From Tubulanus polymorphus (taxonomy: Eukaryota; Animalia; Nemertea): a stretch of DNA of 64,000 bases. Under the pieces are notes generated by a model. That model searched no databases and was not told the DNA's origin. It saw only the letters and a list, made by a program, of their open reading frames with translations. The translations under genes were made by a program, and so were the position numbers. Of this stretch, positions 51,501-60,114 are shown piece by piece (positions within the stretch are counted from its first letter, which is position 1; each line of letters opens with the position of its first letter). The DNA is taken from contig NC_134029.1 of the NCBI RefSeq assembly GCF_964204645.1, positions 9,574,850 through 9,638,849 on the forward strand, read 5' to 3'.

Positions 51501-52350
51501 ACGAGAAATGAAACTCTCCGCTATGGACTAGGTATTTTACAGGCTTTTTAGGGCATTCAATCTGCCTTGATTATCCAGTCAAAATGCATTAAAAAAACCC
51601 TAAAGAGGCCCTTTATGCTGCAGACCCAAGAGCGACAATCGCAGAGCATGCTCAGGTCACTACAACTGCAACTAAGATTACAAGGAACCATCGGCGATCA
51701 GTCTTGTTACAGTGCTGCACTCAGGTTGCAGTGCTATACTGCAGTCATTGATCATTTAAACAATCTGAATAAATACATTATCAAAGATAAATCAACACTC
51801 TGCAGAACCTTTCAATCATCGTGTTCTACCCAGAAAAATATTTCATCGAAGACTTAGCTTCATGTAATTAGCACACATAGCAATAAAAACAATTAAAAAC
51901 ATGATAATATCAAAAGAACACAGCAGAGAAAATCAATATCTAAAATCAGCACACGCGAGATTCGAACTGCCATTTTTTAACAATCACATGATCGCAGTAA
52001 GCTCCGCAATTCAGCAGCGATTGTTGGCAGAAATGGAACTTAACTTAGTGATGGGTAGCTCGATTGCATTGCTCAAAATGCAATATGAACAATTTGATAG
52101 CGACTGGCCATTGGGAAATAATATCAAATGGATTTCAAAAATAATAATCTGGATCAGCCGGGACATCTGGAAATCATTAACTGCACATTTCGTATTCAAC
52201 AAAATCGTATTAGTGAAGTTCTACTATATAGAAATCAATTTACCTGGCTTGTTTAATTGCATCAACCCATGCAATGCATTCAGCCTCCGTATCAGTGCGT
52301 AAATCATACTGTCTCAAGCCTTCCGGACGGTAGTAGATCGCAAAACAATA
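1071..52350 (-). CDS. RASGRF1: Ras-specific guanine nucleotide-releasing factor (RasGRF1/2-like), partial multi-exon gene, 21 exons in window, 5' and 3' ends outside
   Basis: Phase-consistent GT-AG exon chain totalling 3456 nt with no in-frame stop. Domain order PH1(C-term)-CC-IQ-DH-PH2-REM(split). Hallmark peptides [75 protein letters not shown] and [13 protein letters not shown]. Cannot assign to vertebrate paralogue 1 vs 2. Confidence 0.96.
1363..1472 (-). CDS. RASGRF1: RasGRF exon, REM C-part ([36 protein letters not shown])
   Basis: 110 nt, ttctattag / gtaagt, phase 1->0. Confidence 0.94.
1562..1662 (-). CDS. RASGRF1: RasGRF exon ([33 protein letters not shown])
   Basis: 101 nt, ttttatcag / gtcagt, phase 2->1. 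Contains the conserved SAFAxATAGA motif. Confidence 0.92.
4112..4396. mobile_element. piggyBac-like MITE (TTAA TSD)
   Basis: TTAA|ccctttcagtgc ... gcactgaaaggg|TTAA. Second copy at 40721. Confidence 0.85.
6188..6317 (-). CDS. RASGRF1: RasGRF exon ([10 protein letters not shown]...[14 protein letters not shown])
   Basis: 130 nt, ttttttag / gtacgt, phase 1->2. Confidence 0.88.
7321..7560 (+). pseudogene. Degenerate non-LTR (CR1/L2-type) reverse transcriptase fragment
   Basis: Translates [19 protein letters not shown] ... KWLSSYL ... SGVTQG(frameshift)[10 protein letters not shown], matching the DFxKAFD and GVPQGSxLxPxLF RT motifs. Confidence 0.75.
7600..8150. repeat. Degenerate array of tgttcgaacgaaaaa-like motifs inside the Tc2-like element
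   Basis: Recurrent ttcgaacgaaaaa / aaaacttaatgttc / attctgttc units. Confidence 0.6.
9295..9640 (+). mobile_element. Helentron/HINE-like non-autonomous repeat with (AAT)n and 3' hairpin
   Basis: (AAT)n at 9557-9585, 13-bp stem tagggttttctgt / acagaaaacccta (9605-9636), subterminal inverted match 9303 vs 9591. A related end occurs at about 56025-56080. Confidence 0.55.
10215..10284. repeat. (TA)n microsatellite
   Basis: About 35 TA units, seen directly. Confidence 0.98.
11413..12198 (-). CDS. RASGRF1: RasGRF large Ser/Pro-rich exon within the REM insert
   Basis: 786 nt open, atttcag / gtaagt, phase 1->1. Overlaps the 244-aa ORF. Confidence 0.88.
12592..12681 (-). CDS. RASGRF1: RasGRF exon, REM insert ([29 protein letters not shown])
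   Basis: 90 nt, ctatttctag / gtaaat, phase 1->1. Symmetric, so possibly a cassette exon. GC-richer than flanks. Confidence 0.7.
14767..15225 (+). repeat. Dispersed repeat family ending in aggctcagcctacggctggcctaaaaat (copies at about 29270-29545 and 31060-31252)
   Basis: Three colinear copies share aaggc..ttttcaaa, ccattt.tatagta and the terminal hairpin-like end. Probably Helentron-derived. Confidence 0.7.
17021..17160 (-). CDS. RASGRF1: RasGRF exon, REM insert ([20 protein letters not shown]...KPRRIST)
   Basis: 140 nt, ctattttcag / gtatga. Provides the phase 2->1 bridge that the chain needs. Low-conservation region with alternative donors. Confidence 0.75.
18913..19115 (-). CDS. RASGRF1: RasGRF exon, REM N-part ([36 protein letters not shown]...)
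   Basis: 203 nt, tctttttcag / gtaagt, phase 0->2. Confidence 0.95.
19423..19498 (-). CDS. RASGRF1: RasGRF exon, REM start ([25 protein letters not shown])
   Basis: 76 nt, ttgcag / gtattg, phase 2->0. Confidence 0.94.
20080..20106 (-). CDS. Candidate 27-nt microexon B ([10 protein letters not shown])
   Basis: attcatgtttcacag|ATATCAGTACCACAGCTCAATGAAGGG|gtgagc; phase 2->2, open in frame. Confidence 0.5.
20882..21360. mobile_element. piggyBac-like MITE (TTAA TSD), second family
   Basis: TTAA|cccttaggaacctg ... caggttcctaaggg|TTAA, with internal palindrome ctctcgcaaatttgcgagag. Confidence 0.85.
22693..22719 (-). CDS. Candidate 27-nt microexon A ([10 protein letters not shown])
   Basis: ttgcactgttttccaaacag|GTTCAGTGTGTACAGCAACCAACTGTG|gtgagt; phase 2->2, open in frame. 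Confidence 0.55.
24074..24344. repeat. Compound inverted repeat (95-bp arms plus 16-bp arms sharing a 26-bp loop)
   Basis: 24074-24168 vs 24195-24289 inverted with 2 mismatches; 24287-24302 vs 24329-24344 perfect inverted. Confidence 0.95.
24733..24815 (-). CDS. RASGRF1: RasGRF exon ([27 protein letters not shown])
   Basis: 83 nt, tttgtag / gtaggt, phase 0->2. Confidence 0.9.
25255..25457 (-). CDS. RASGRF1: RasGRF exon, PH2 C-term (...[36 protein letters not shown])
   Basis: 203 nt, ctcttattccag / gtaagt, phase 1->0. A second in-frame acceptor would start the exon at 25445. Confidence 0.92.
26865..26943 (-). CDS. RASGRF1: RasGRF exon, PH2 ([26 protein letters not shown])
   Basis: 79 nt, ttttcag / gtaagt, phase 0->1. 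Supplies the missing GxIxLxDCTL motif and the required phase. Not in the ORF track. Confidence 0.92.
27451..28560. mobile_element. Foldback-type element with ~160-bp diverged inverted repeats
   Basis: 27451-27610 is the reverse complement of 28400-28560 (ttttgaaatatc, gtggttattaaagcta, ctgaggttaaagagcgttatttgcag, aaatatctttcctga). Confidence 0.75.
28756..28928 (-). CDS. RASGRF1: RasGRF exon, PH2 (SLLHVLNDG...[25 protein letters not shown])
   Basis: 173 nt, ttttttag / gtatgt, phase 1->0. Confidence 0.94.
31790..32250 (-). mobile_element. Degenerate DIRS-like retrotransposon fragment (methyltransferase-like region after RNase H)
   Basis: WIHAYLFP...[21 protein letters not shown]...LAVF...GFSEQAI resembles the DIRS pattern W..xYxFPP..LIxxxWPxxxWFxxLL..GFS. 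Confidence 0.6.
32290..32737. mobile_element. PIF/Harbinger non-autonomous element, internally deleted relative of 37303-38094
   Basis: Shares the aggctggctt terminus and internal blocks (gttcgacataagccggcttgc, aatcataaccgacataagcagggaagcaac, ttgctctcagttgtgtcggtaggagtcagtagg). Confidence 0.75.
34710..34827 (-). CDS. RASGRF1: RasGRF exon, DH-PH2 linker ([39 protein letters not shown])
   Basis: 118 nt, ttttatttcag / gtacaa, phase 0->1. Confidence 0.95.
35309..35419 (-). CDS. RASGRF1: RasGRF exon, DH C-term ([37 protein letters not shown])
   Basis: 111 nt, tgtttag / gtaagt, phase 0->0. Not in the ORF track. Confidence 0.95.
36935..38470 (+). repeat. Dispersed repeat family host copy (others at about 18340-18675, 36100-36425, 53165-54235, 58925-59445)
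   Basis: Shared blocks agtaggatcaact.agtacattt, acagttgatcctaaaaatg, cttcaaaa.ttcccaaa..actggattc, aatagccc. Some copies carry (GACA)n, which is HINE/pearl-like architecture. Confidence 0.75.
37303..38094 (+). mobile_element. PIF/Harbinger non-autonomous element with MADF/Myb relic
   Basis: TTA|aggctggcttatgt ... acataagccagcct|TTA. 37699-37854 reads [41 protein letters not shown], a MADF-like helix pattern. Confidence 0.85.
39865..39948. repeat. (TA)n(CA)n microsatellite
   Basis: Seen directly. Confidence 0.98.
40269..40361 (-). CDS. Candidate alternative exon, diverged duplicate of the DH exon 3' part ([31 protein letters not shown])
   Basis: 93 nt, ttttatag / gtaaga, phase 0->0, open. 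Its 3' end is nearly identical to the 3' end of exon 43281-43474. Confidence 0.6.
40721..41005. mobile_element. piggyBac-like MITE, diverged copy of 4112-4396
   Basis: Colinear similarity (cagtgctgactaat, gacaggtgctgccat, catcactgatt, gcactgaaaggg) with TTAA flanks. Confidence 0.8.
43281..43474 (-). CDS. RASGRF1: RasGRF exon, DH ([21 protein letters not shown]...[11 protein letters not shown])
   Basis: 194 nt, ttttacag / gtaagt, phase 1->0. Confidence 0.96.
44097..44176 (-). CDS. RASGRF1: RasGRF exon, DH ([26 protein letters not shown])
   Basis: 80 nt, ttttttag / gtaagt, phase 2->1. Confidence 0.95.
45480..45531. repeat. (TA)n microsatellite
   Basis: Seen directly. Confidence 0.98.
46249..46502 (-). 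CDS. RASGRF1: RasGRF exon, IQ motif and DH start ([18 protein letters not shown]...DVNSIFLN)
   Basis: 254 nt, atttag / gtaagg, phase 0->2. Confidence 0.96.
46697..46783 (-). CDS. RASGRF1: RasGRF exon (LKEYKRG...[10 protein letters not shown])
   Basis: 87 nt, tttgtttcag / gtgagt, phase 0->0. The KKIKK end precedes the IQ motif as in RasGRF. Confidence 0.92.
49069..49216 (-). CDS. RASGRF1: RasGRF exon, coiled coil ([20 protein letters not shown]...KKLKDE)
   Basis: 148 nt, ttgcag / gtgaat, phase 2->0. Confidence 0.93.
50022..50143. repeat. 61-bp tandem duplication
   Basis: acgggcaactttttctagtaattgttgagc..ccgaatgggctttatgtcatatgtct x2 with 2 mismatches. Confidence 0.95.
50150..50900 (+). pseudogene. 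Degenerate hAT transposase relic
   Basis: Plus strand: [16 protein letters not shown] (decayed CxxHxLNL) and [18 protein letters not shown] (hAT dimerisation motif PATxxxxERSFSxLRR). Minus strand: [23 protein letters not shown]. Confidence 0.7.
52244..52350 (-). CDS. RASGRF1: RasGRF exon, PH1 C-terminal half ([35 protein letters not shown])
   Basis: 107 nt, ttttcag acceptor, AG|gtaaat donor, phase 0->2. Contains the PH terminal helix with conserved W. Not in the ORF track. Confidence 0.9.
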
Positions 52351-53256
52351 CTGAAAATATATTAACATTCATGAAAAATTAGAGGCCCAGATTTTGTAGT
52401 CTCAGTCAAAATATATAAATACCCTTTTGGTTACTGCAACCACCATGTAGCTTTAAGATTGAACTGAATCAATACGACCTCTAATACTTCATAGGCCTAA
52501 ACATTCCTGAAACTCCTGATACCAGTTATGTGTAAATCAAATACGACTTGACTGGCAGACTGTGAGGATGGTGTGAAAGAGAGTGAGATTGGGTCTACGA
52601 GGGTGGCATGAAAATCTTATAAACCATAATTGGATTTTTGTATTTGTACTTCTATTGTACAATAACTATAATTCAAAATGAATAGAATTATTATCATTAT
52701 CATTATAATTATCGTTATAGACTGGGATATACCTTCAAAATGATGGTTAAGAATGATCCACAGACACACGATTAGGCTATAAGGTGCTTGTTCGAGTGTC
52801 CTATGACAATGCTCATAATTATCCAATATCTACTTATAAGTTATATCTACTAATAACTTACAAGGTAAAACTTATTGATATTTTCCTGAAAAAAACTTTT
52901 CTCATCTACACGTAGAACCGACTAAGATGGCCGCCAATTACGTAAAAATAGACCAATTGAATAACCTGTCTGATATCTTAAAGATCCGTTTCCAAAGTAT
53001 ACTTACTCATCATAAGAAGTTAAGGGTCTCAAAATGGTCACATAACCGCCATCTTGTTTTCCATCGACCCAACTTTTCTTATGATGATGGGCCCTAAGAG
53101 GATACATATACAATTCATGTGAAAATTGATCAAACTGTTATCTAAATTTCCTTTGAAATCGTCAATAAAGGACGATGGGTCCAGTAGGATCAACTCAGTA
53201 CATTTCATTTTTGAGCACAAAAATCGATTTGTCCTTGGATTTGCAGTAACTATTAA

Positions 53257-53706
53257 CTCTTTGCCTGCCAGGCCTATTTTTCAGGAAATTCTGCACTTTG
53301 CCAGGATTTCCATGTTTTTCAGAGATTCATAAAACAAAAACTAGAAGAGATATCTTCATCAAATCTGTTTTATTTTGTTCATCTGGTCTTGCTTTTTCAT
53401 GTAAAATAAGTGGTATTTCTTCTTAGAGTGATAAAATCTGCAGCAACCACCAGTGTAGAGGGGGTATTTTGCAGAAAATATGCCCATCCATGCGTGTTCA
53501 GCCCCATTTCAATAGATGACGTCACTAACACACTGCATAGGACGACTGGTGATAGTTAATTTTAGTAGTAAAGGGCAATAAACTAACTGGTGTTGTGCGA
53601 TGAATACGCCATCTATCGTTTAAGTTAAGAAACCGTACCAGTACAGTTTTGGCAGGCAAGTGATAGAGATATCGGACGTACCAGTACGTTTTTGGCAGGC
53701 AATGAG
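53257..53706. mobile_element. TTAA-flanked MITE nested in a dispersed repeat
   Basis: TTAA|ctctttgcctgcca ... tggcaggcaatgag|taaa. It interrupts a repeat whose 36935 copy lacks it. Confidence 0.7.
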
Positions 53707-56700
53707 TAAAGTAAGCATGTTCAACTTTGATGATATACATGGTTATGGGTTTTCCCTATGAGTCACAGGTACATGGTAGTACAGTTCTTGATAATGATGG
53801 CATATTTTCGCCGAGCACTTTCAAATGGTTTAGAGCTGATGGACGAAACTTACAACAACAATTCCAACCCCTATTTCCCTGCTAATGACAAAATATCAGT
53901 TGTGTATATCCAGAGGTCACAATTTATGCCACCAAGACCAAACAGAAAATTACTCTCAGAATCATTCTGTACAGATCAACACAGTTGATCCTAAAAATGT
54001 GTATGTGCTGATGATTTTGGTGAATAACAATGGCTGCCAGTCAGCCATCCTGAATCAGGTGAGGCTAATTATTGGGCTGCAGATATGTCTAGGGTACATA
54101 CATGCATAAACCAATTATCAAGACAATCCATAAAAGCGTCTTCAAAAATTCCCAAAATTACTGGATTCTATCTACAGACAGGCAGGCAGACGAATGAATG
54201 AAAGGTGATGTAACAGCCTGCTGGGAGTGGGATAAAACTGATACATCATCTGAAGCATCTTTTCAAGGACCACGAAGAGTCCCATGAGAGCACCCTTCTA
54301 TCAGTCAAAGTTAATAAGCTAGGAACGGAAAACCTCATTTTTGAAATCAGAGACACTTTTGAAGATACTTTTCTGGAAGAATTTAGATATAGAATAAAAT
54401 GTAGCAGGAAAGCAGTGATATAAGTTTCTCCAAATTTGCTTACGGTTTCATATAAAACTATATTACTTAATATTTCTAAATGAATGAAGGCTTGTTGAAA
54501 AGGTGAATCTAGACATATACCAATTTTGGTAATAAGTTCAAGTATAACTGAGATATGCCCACAGGTATTTTACTTTAGTATCCTCAGTCGAGCATATATG
54601 AACTAATCATAAAGGACATTTGATAAAAGTATCTGCGTACGAAGTACTATCATAATCGGTCACTTGGTTACATCGATAATAATGGGAGTTTTGGAGAAAG
54701 GCAGAAACTACAAAAATTTACATGGATTAACAACAGAGTTTCTGCAAAATGTAACGATTTCCCATGTTCCGGCAAAACCCACATACATTTAGCCATCTAT
54801 GTGTGAAGCAAACTCTTGGGGAACACCAATGCTATCCTCAATGCTTGTCGAGAAAGTATAATAGAGAATCTTTAGTCTATCCCTAACAGTAAGTGTTGGG
54901 AAATTTTGAAGGTCACAATTATGGCAAATGTACTTTGACATCGCAGAGTTTGCGTTCCCATAGGCTTTAGTTCTATCGACCAATTGAAAGCATATCAGTC
55001 ACACAACATCAAGATGGCACTCTCCATAAATCTGTCATCTGTCCGTAGATGTTTTCGTAGCTAGAGCCAGAGCTGCGTTGGGAATTTATTTCCATCGTCA
55101 GCCGTAACATTAGAACTATGGCTGTGGTGCTGGGCGGCCCTGAGACATAGAATGATAACTTTCAATGCACGATAGGTCAGTTGCCTATGGCAGTTTGTTA
55201 GAATGTCAACTTGGACGCAAGAAGTCCTCATCTGAATCGTAGTCCTGAGCCCTGAACTTTTATTGTGTAACCAAATTAAGTGCTGCCACCTATCCATGAC
55301 ACCAAGAACATGCCGTGATTATCAACGATGGCAGACTATTCAATGCTGCCAAATTTACAATGTTGACAGCATGAAAATGTAACCTTGTTTAGTCAAAATA
55401 TAGTAGGAGTAGATCTAAGTTGATCTGTTAACTCCATCCATCCAGAAAAGCGCTAACGTAAGAGAGACTATGTACCATACTATCATAAATTGCTAATCTC
55501 AAGAAACCTGCATAACCCTAATTTCGAACATATCTTCTAAAACATTTGAATAATGAAATCATATGTTTACACATTTTTATATTGACCGCTTGAAGCCGCC
55601 GATGAAATTCACGCCGGCCCTACACAGATCGTAGATAGCTTCATCATTCCACCAGCATCCCCATGTCAGGGTCTAACTTTTATATCAGACTTCAAAATCG
55701 TGTATACATGCGCCATTTTTACCGAATAATCCGATTTACTTATCATTTCTATTTGTGCCTGCTGCTTCTGATATAATCATACCTCCTTTACTATTACAAA
55801 ATGTCTTCTAGTGATATTCAATGCAATATAACATTTCAACGTTCAAATAGAGCTCATTATATAATCACAGGATGCCATTCTACATCATTGTCAATATTTT
55901 GCCAAATAGCTTGTATGTGTACACATAGACCTGTGACGCTTTGCACATCGATTTAGGGTTGTCGTTTATAAAATGACGCTGAATGGTTATCATGGTAACG
56001 TTTTATAAGGCGTCAAAAAAGGAACAATAATAATAATCAAGAGAATAACAATAGGGTTTTCTGGAAAGTAGCAGAATTCTTTGTTTTCTAGCACTGCACA
56101 CTACAAAATAAGCAAATAAAAGTTTTTGACTGGAAATGTGTTTTGCGTCGGGGTGGCAGCTGATAATATGGTGTCAGAACATCACTGTTCATAGTCGTAC
56201 AATCTTTATCTATGCAGAGGTTAAGCAGCATTACATATTGGCCATCAAGTACAATGAGCTACCAGAGAACCTATCATTATTGACTGCCATTTAGTGGCCA
56301 ACGCAACGTATTTGAACAATAATAAGCCTGACAAAAACAATGAAGGATTTATGAGGACTCAGCCACATGATGCCACTTGCATCTGATTGCACAGTGTGTC
56401 CACTGGACACAGTGCAAATAATTTTGCTGCGAAAGTCACCAAGTGACCTATCATCTTAGAGCCCTTTATCATCTCTGACAATACAAACCCGAGATTTCAA
56501 AAGTGTCATATCTATAACTCAGAAGACCCCAAAATTTCAAAAGAAACCAGATTTTTAAACGCCAAAATAAAAACCACAATAGCCGATTGGCCCAATTGGC
56601 ACAGATCATCGGGCCCAAGTCAAATTTGACCAGTACCTAATTAGAGAGCTCATTCACGCGTAAACCACTCACTCATATTAAACAATGCTTAAACAAAAAC

Positions 56701-57765
56701 ACTTCCAGAACCAGATGCAATTCAAACACAGTAATTTGACCATCCTAGAATTTGGCTCAGGCCTGATCCAACGTTATTGGTGAGACACTTCCGGCACCAG
56801 TTACAATTCAAACGCAACAATTTTGGCTCAGGCCTGGTGCAACGTTTTTGGTTAAGCCAAATTTTGGCCCAGGCCAAACAGGCATGGGTCCATTTGGCGC
56901 CCGTGTGAATTATTTGTTCCTGGCCAAATTTGGCCCTGGCTAAAAAAAGCTGGCAGCTAGATACGGCTATCGTAAAATGACTCAGAAGGAAATTGCTGAC
57001 TGGAAAGATATCGTGAAAACATTTGCCGCATCGGTTTTCTGCTCTGCCCCCAAAAACGACCTTGAAAACGGTCAAACTGAAGCAGCACGCTGTTGCATGT
57101 AATAGGCCAAGCTTTTTTGTCACAGAAAACCACTCATGAAGAAACCTGTTGATGGTATTGAAATACAGTTGTTGGAATGACCACACACATTCGCGCTTGT
57201 TGTCGCTCAGGGGCGGGCGCAGGAAAACTCTGTTAGCCTAACCGTGGATAGCGGCTTACCGCTGGTTAGGCTAACCGGCTTCAAATAAGAGGCCACACGA
57301 AGACAATGGATAGCTAACAGCATTTTCCTGCACCCATTTATGCCTAACAACAGTGTTCGAACCACGGTTAGCACTAACAGGGTTTTCCTGCACGCGCCCC
57401 AGGACGTTACACATAAGGAAAAAGCAGCGACAGATGGCTGGAAAATGTTACGTGAAAAATACGTTTTCACATAGCTGGAACAAGCTGTAGGAAAAAGCTA
57501 GCAGGACACTGCTCATGAAAACCAACCTAACCTTTTCAAATAACGTAGTCAAATTGGCTCTCCCAATGTTCAATGGTTTTGGTGAAGTCGCACTTTCTCT
57601 GAAATTTCTCAAAACAAAGATTCATGCGCTTCAAATCGTTTTTGATGATATTTGATGATAAAATATACTTTTGATATTCAATAGCATTTTTTCATGGAAA
57701 TAGCTACTTGGGTGGATTAGGAATTGAATAGGCTGCATGGACAGTAGCACTCTCTTACTGACTAT

Positions 57766-58135
57766 AGCCACGTTCACACTAGATTTGGTGCTTATGAAGT
57801 ACCGTACTTTGCTGGTGCCAAATTCACCAAAATACGGCGCTTACACAGCCAGTTGCGTTCTCACAGCAAGTCGGCAATTCAGCACTTAGTAAGCCCAGTA
57901 TAGTAGTCACCCGGTGTGCCGATAGAAGGGCGTGTAATTAGTCTTGAGTGTATTGTACTACGCCGATGTAAATACGCAGCTTGCTAAGCGCCGAATCTGC
58001 GTTCACACTACAGAAAATACGCGGCGAGCTCAGTTCCATACTCAGATCGCACATTTCAGCACGGAACTGAATAAGCCGCGAATAGGCTAAGTGTGAACGC
58101 TTAGTACCGCACTAAAATCTAGTGTGAACGCAGCT
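57766..58135. mobile_element. Harbinger-like MITE
   Basis: TIR agccacgttcacactagattt / aaatctagtgtgaacgcagct, 3-bp TAT flanks, internal gcgttcacac repeats. Confidence 0.75.
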
Positions 58136-58560
58136 TATAGGTATGCTGCCTGAATGAAATCACTGGTATTGCTGCCTATGAGTATCTTCAATTAATCAAA
58201 AACAGAGAGGGATAGGTAGGTCTAGAAGTGTGAACGAGTAAGCTCATTTTAAATAGAGGAGAAAAGTTGCCTGCGACGAGTCAACTCCTTTCGAAATGGT
58301 TGACGGGTTAGCTAATGCCACCCAGCAACATGACATGACCGAGCGCAACTGGCAGTTCCAGCAACGACCTGAAACTTGTGGCTCCTGTATGCAGTTAGCT
58401 CCAGTTGACATTAAGCCTATTATGGCCCACCACATAAATTCCAGAATACGTTTTCATTGAAAACCATGCCCAAGCGATATGAAATGTTGAGATCTACCAC
58501 GGGGCTAATTTTCAGGGCGATACATCCAGTTACGACAGAGCAGTCGGTACGAAAATTAGG

Positions 58561-58670
58561 CATTATCATTATCATTATTACTGTTATTATTATTATTATT
58601 ATTACTATTATTATTATTATTATTATCATTATTATTATTATCATTATTATTATTTCTATAATAATTATAA
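58561..58670. repeat. (ATT)n microsatellite
   Basis: Seen directly; gives the spurious poly-Ile ORFs. Confidence 0.97.
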
Positions 58671-59179
58671 TTTTTTCAGGTGCAGTGACCTGTACAGCCT
58701 CTAGGCTTTCACTGCTTCCTTCATTTAACTGTTATTTCTCTTCACTATTGTCGTTATTATATCTTGTACTTTAAGTTGAATGAAAAATAAATTATTATTA
58801 ATAATCATCAATATCAGACTAGGCTGGCTGTGTAACAACTAACCTGTTTAATAATAATAACATTTAAATGTGTACAAATTTCAATGAAAAATGGTAAGCA
58901 TGAAGAAACTATAGGCCTCAGAATTCACACTAAACCTTTTCGACCACACCGGTCATCTTGGGTCTGATCAGCCTGATTTTTCTTGGGGTGATGGGCTCTA
59001 GGGGATGACACATCGAGATAATCAATTAACATTCAAAATTTTCCCCCATAACATCAAAAATGTGCTTAAGTGCCACTTTCGACAAATAACATTGATTCTG
59101 ATTGGGCCAGTTCTTGGGCTGCATATGAGTCAAGGGAACATAAATGCATAATCCAAATATCATGACAAACTAAATATCA

Positions 59180-59428
59180 GACATACGTACATACGTACGT
59201 ACGTACGTACGTACGTACGTACGTACATACATACATACATACATACATACATACAGACATACATACATACATACATACATACATACATACATACATACAT
59301 ACATACATACATACATACATACATACAGACAGACAGACAGACAGACAGACATACATACATACATACATACATACAGACAGACAGACAGACATACATACAT
59401 ACAGACAGACAGACAGACAGACAGACAG
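59180..59428. repeat. Compound tetranucleotide microsatellite (TACG/TACA/GACA)n
   Basis: Seen directly; lies in the 3' part of a dispersed-repeat copy and gives the spurious MYVC ORFs. Confidence 0.97.
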
Positions 59429-60027
59429 AGTCTAAGTGGGCTAAAAGCGAATATTCGATATTTGAGCCCCTTATGGGAAAAAGGACAAATATAATTCTCC
59501 CAGGAACTACTTGTTGCTTATCAATTTGATAAAAGATGGCAAAACAATGGCAGTCATGAATTATAGCATTTCTTTGTAAACATTCGTGCCATCATCATCC
59601 ATTTCATGAATCATATTATAGATGTATGTCTTATGTTGACAATGGTCGGCATGTAAATGGAAATATGAAATGGCTGATGAACTCAGGGCCCATCGAATGC
59701 GAGCTTATCTGTAGGATCTCGGTGTACAGCTCAGTACTAGACAGCCAACAGTTGCCATGACAACCTTAAATGTAAGTCTCACCGCACAAACATTTTTCAT
59801 TTGTTTTGGTAGATAATGGCGTGCTCCTCATAGCGTTGTCGTTGTCATCATAGGTTCTAAATGCAATATTTCACATGCGCCGTATGACATAATATTTTCC
59901 ACGCGAGAATATTGATCGATCGCGAATACCTGCTAAATGTGTCATAATTAAGCGTTAAGTTTTCTCGGTACATGTTGACGACCGCGAGGCCAGCTGGTGA
60001 GCAGCACGTATAGTAGTAATAACGCAC

Positions 60028-60114
60028 CTTTTGACCATTACAGCCGGAATTACGTCGTCGAGAATATGGAAGCATAAATCTTCCGTTCGATACAGCGTGG
60101 CTGCGTAGTCTCAT
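60028..60114 (-). CDS. Candidate alternative first coding exon (MRLRSHAVSNGRFMLPYSRRRNSGCNGQK)
   Basis: ATG with an in-frame upstream TAA, AAG|gtgcgt phase-0 donor compatible with the exon at 52350, locally CpG-rich. Confidence 0.4.

Noticed and set aside
59160-59400. ORFs with MYVC repeats; also poly-IY and poly-I ORFs at 39766, 45348 and 58420
   Set aside because: Translations of microsatellites.
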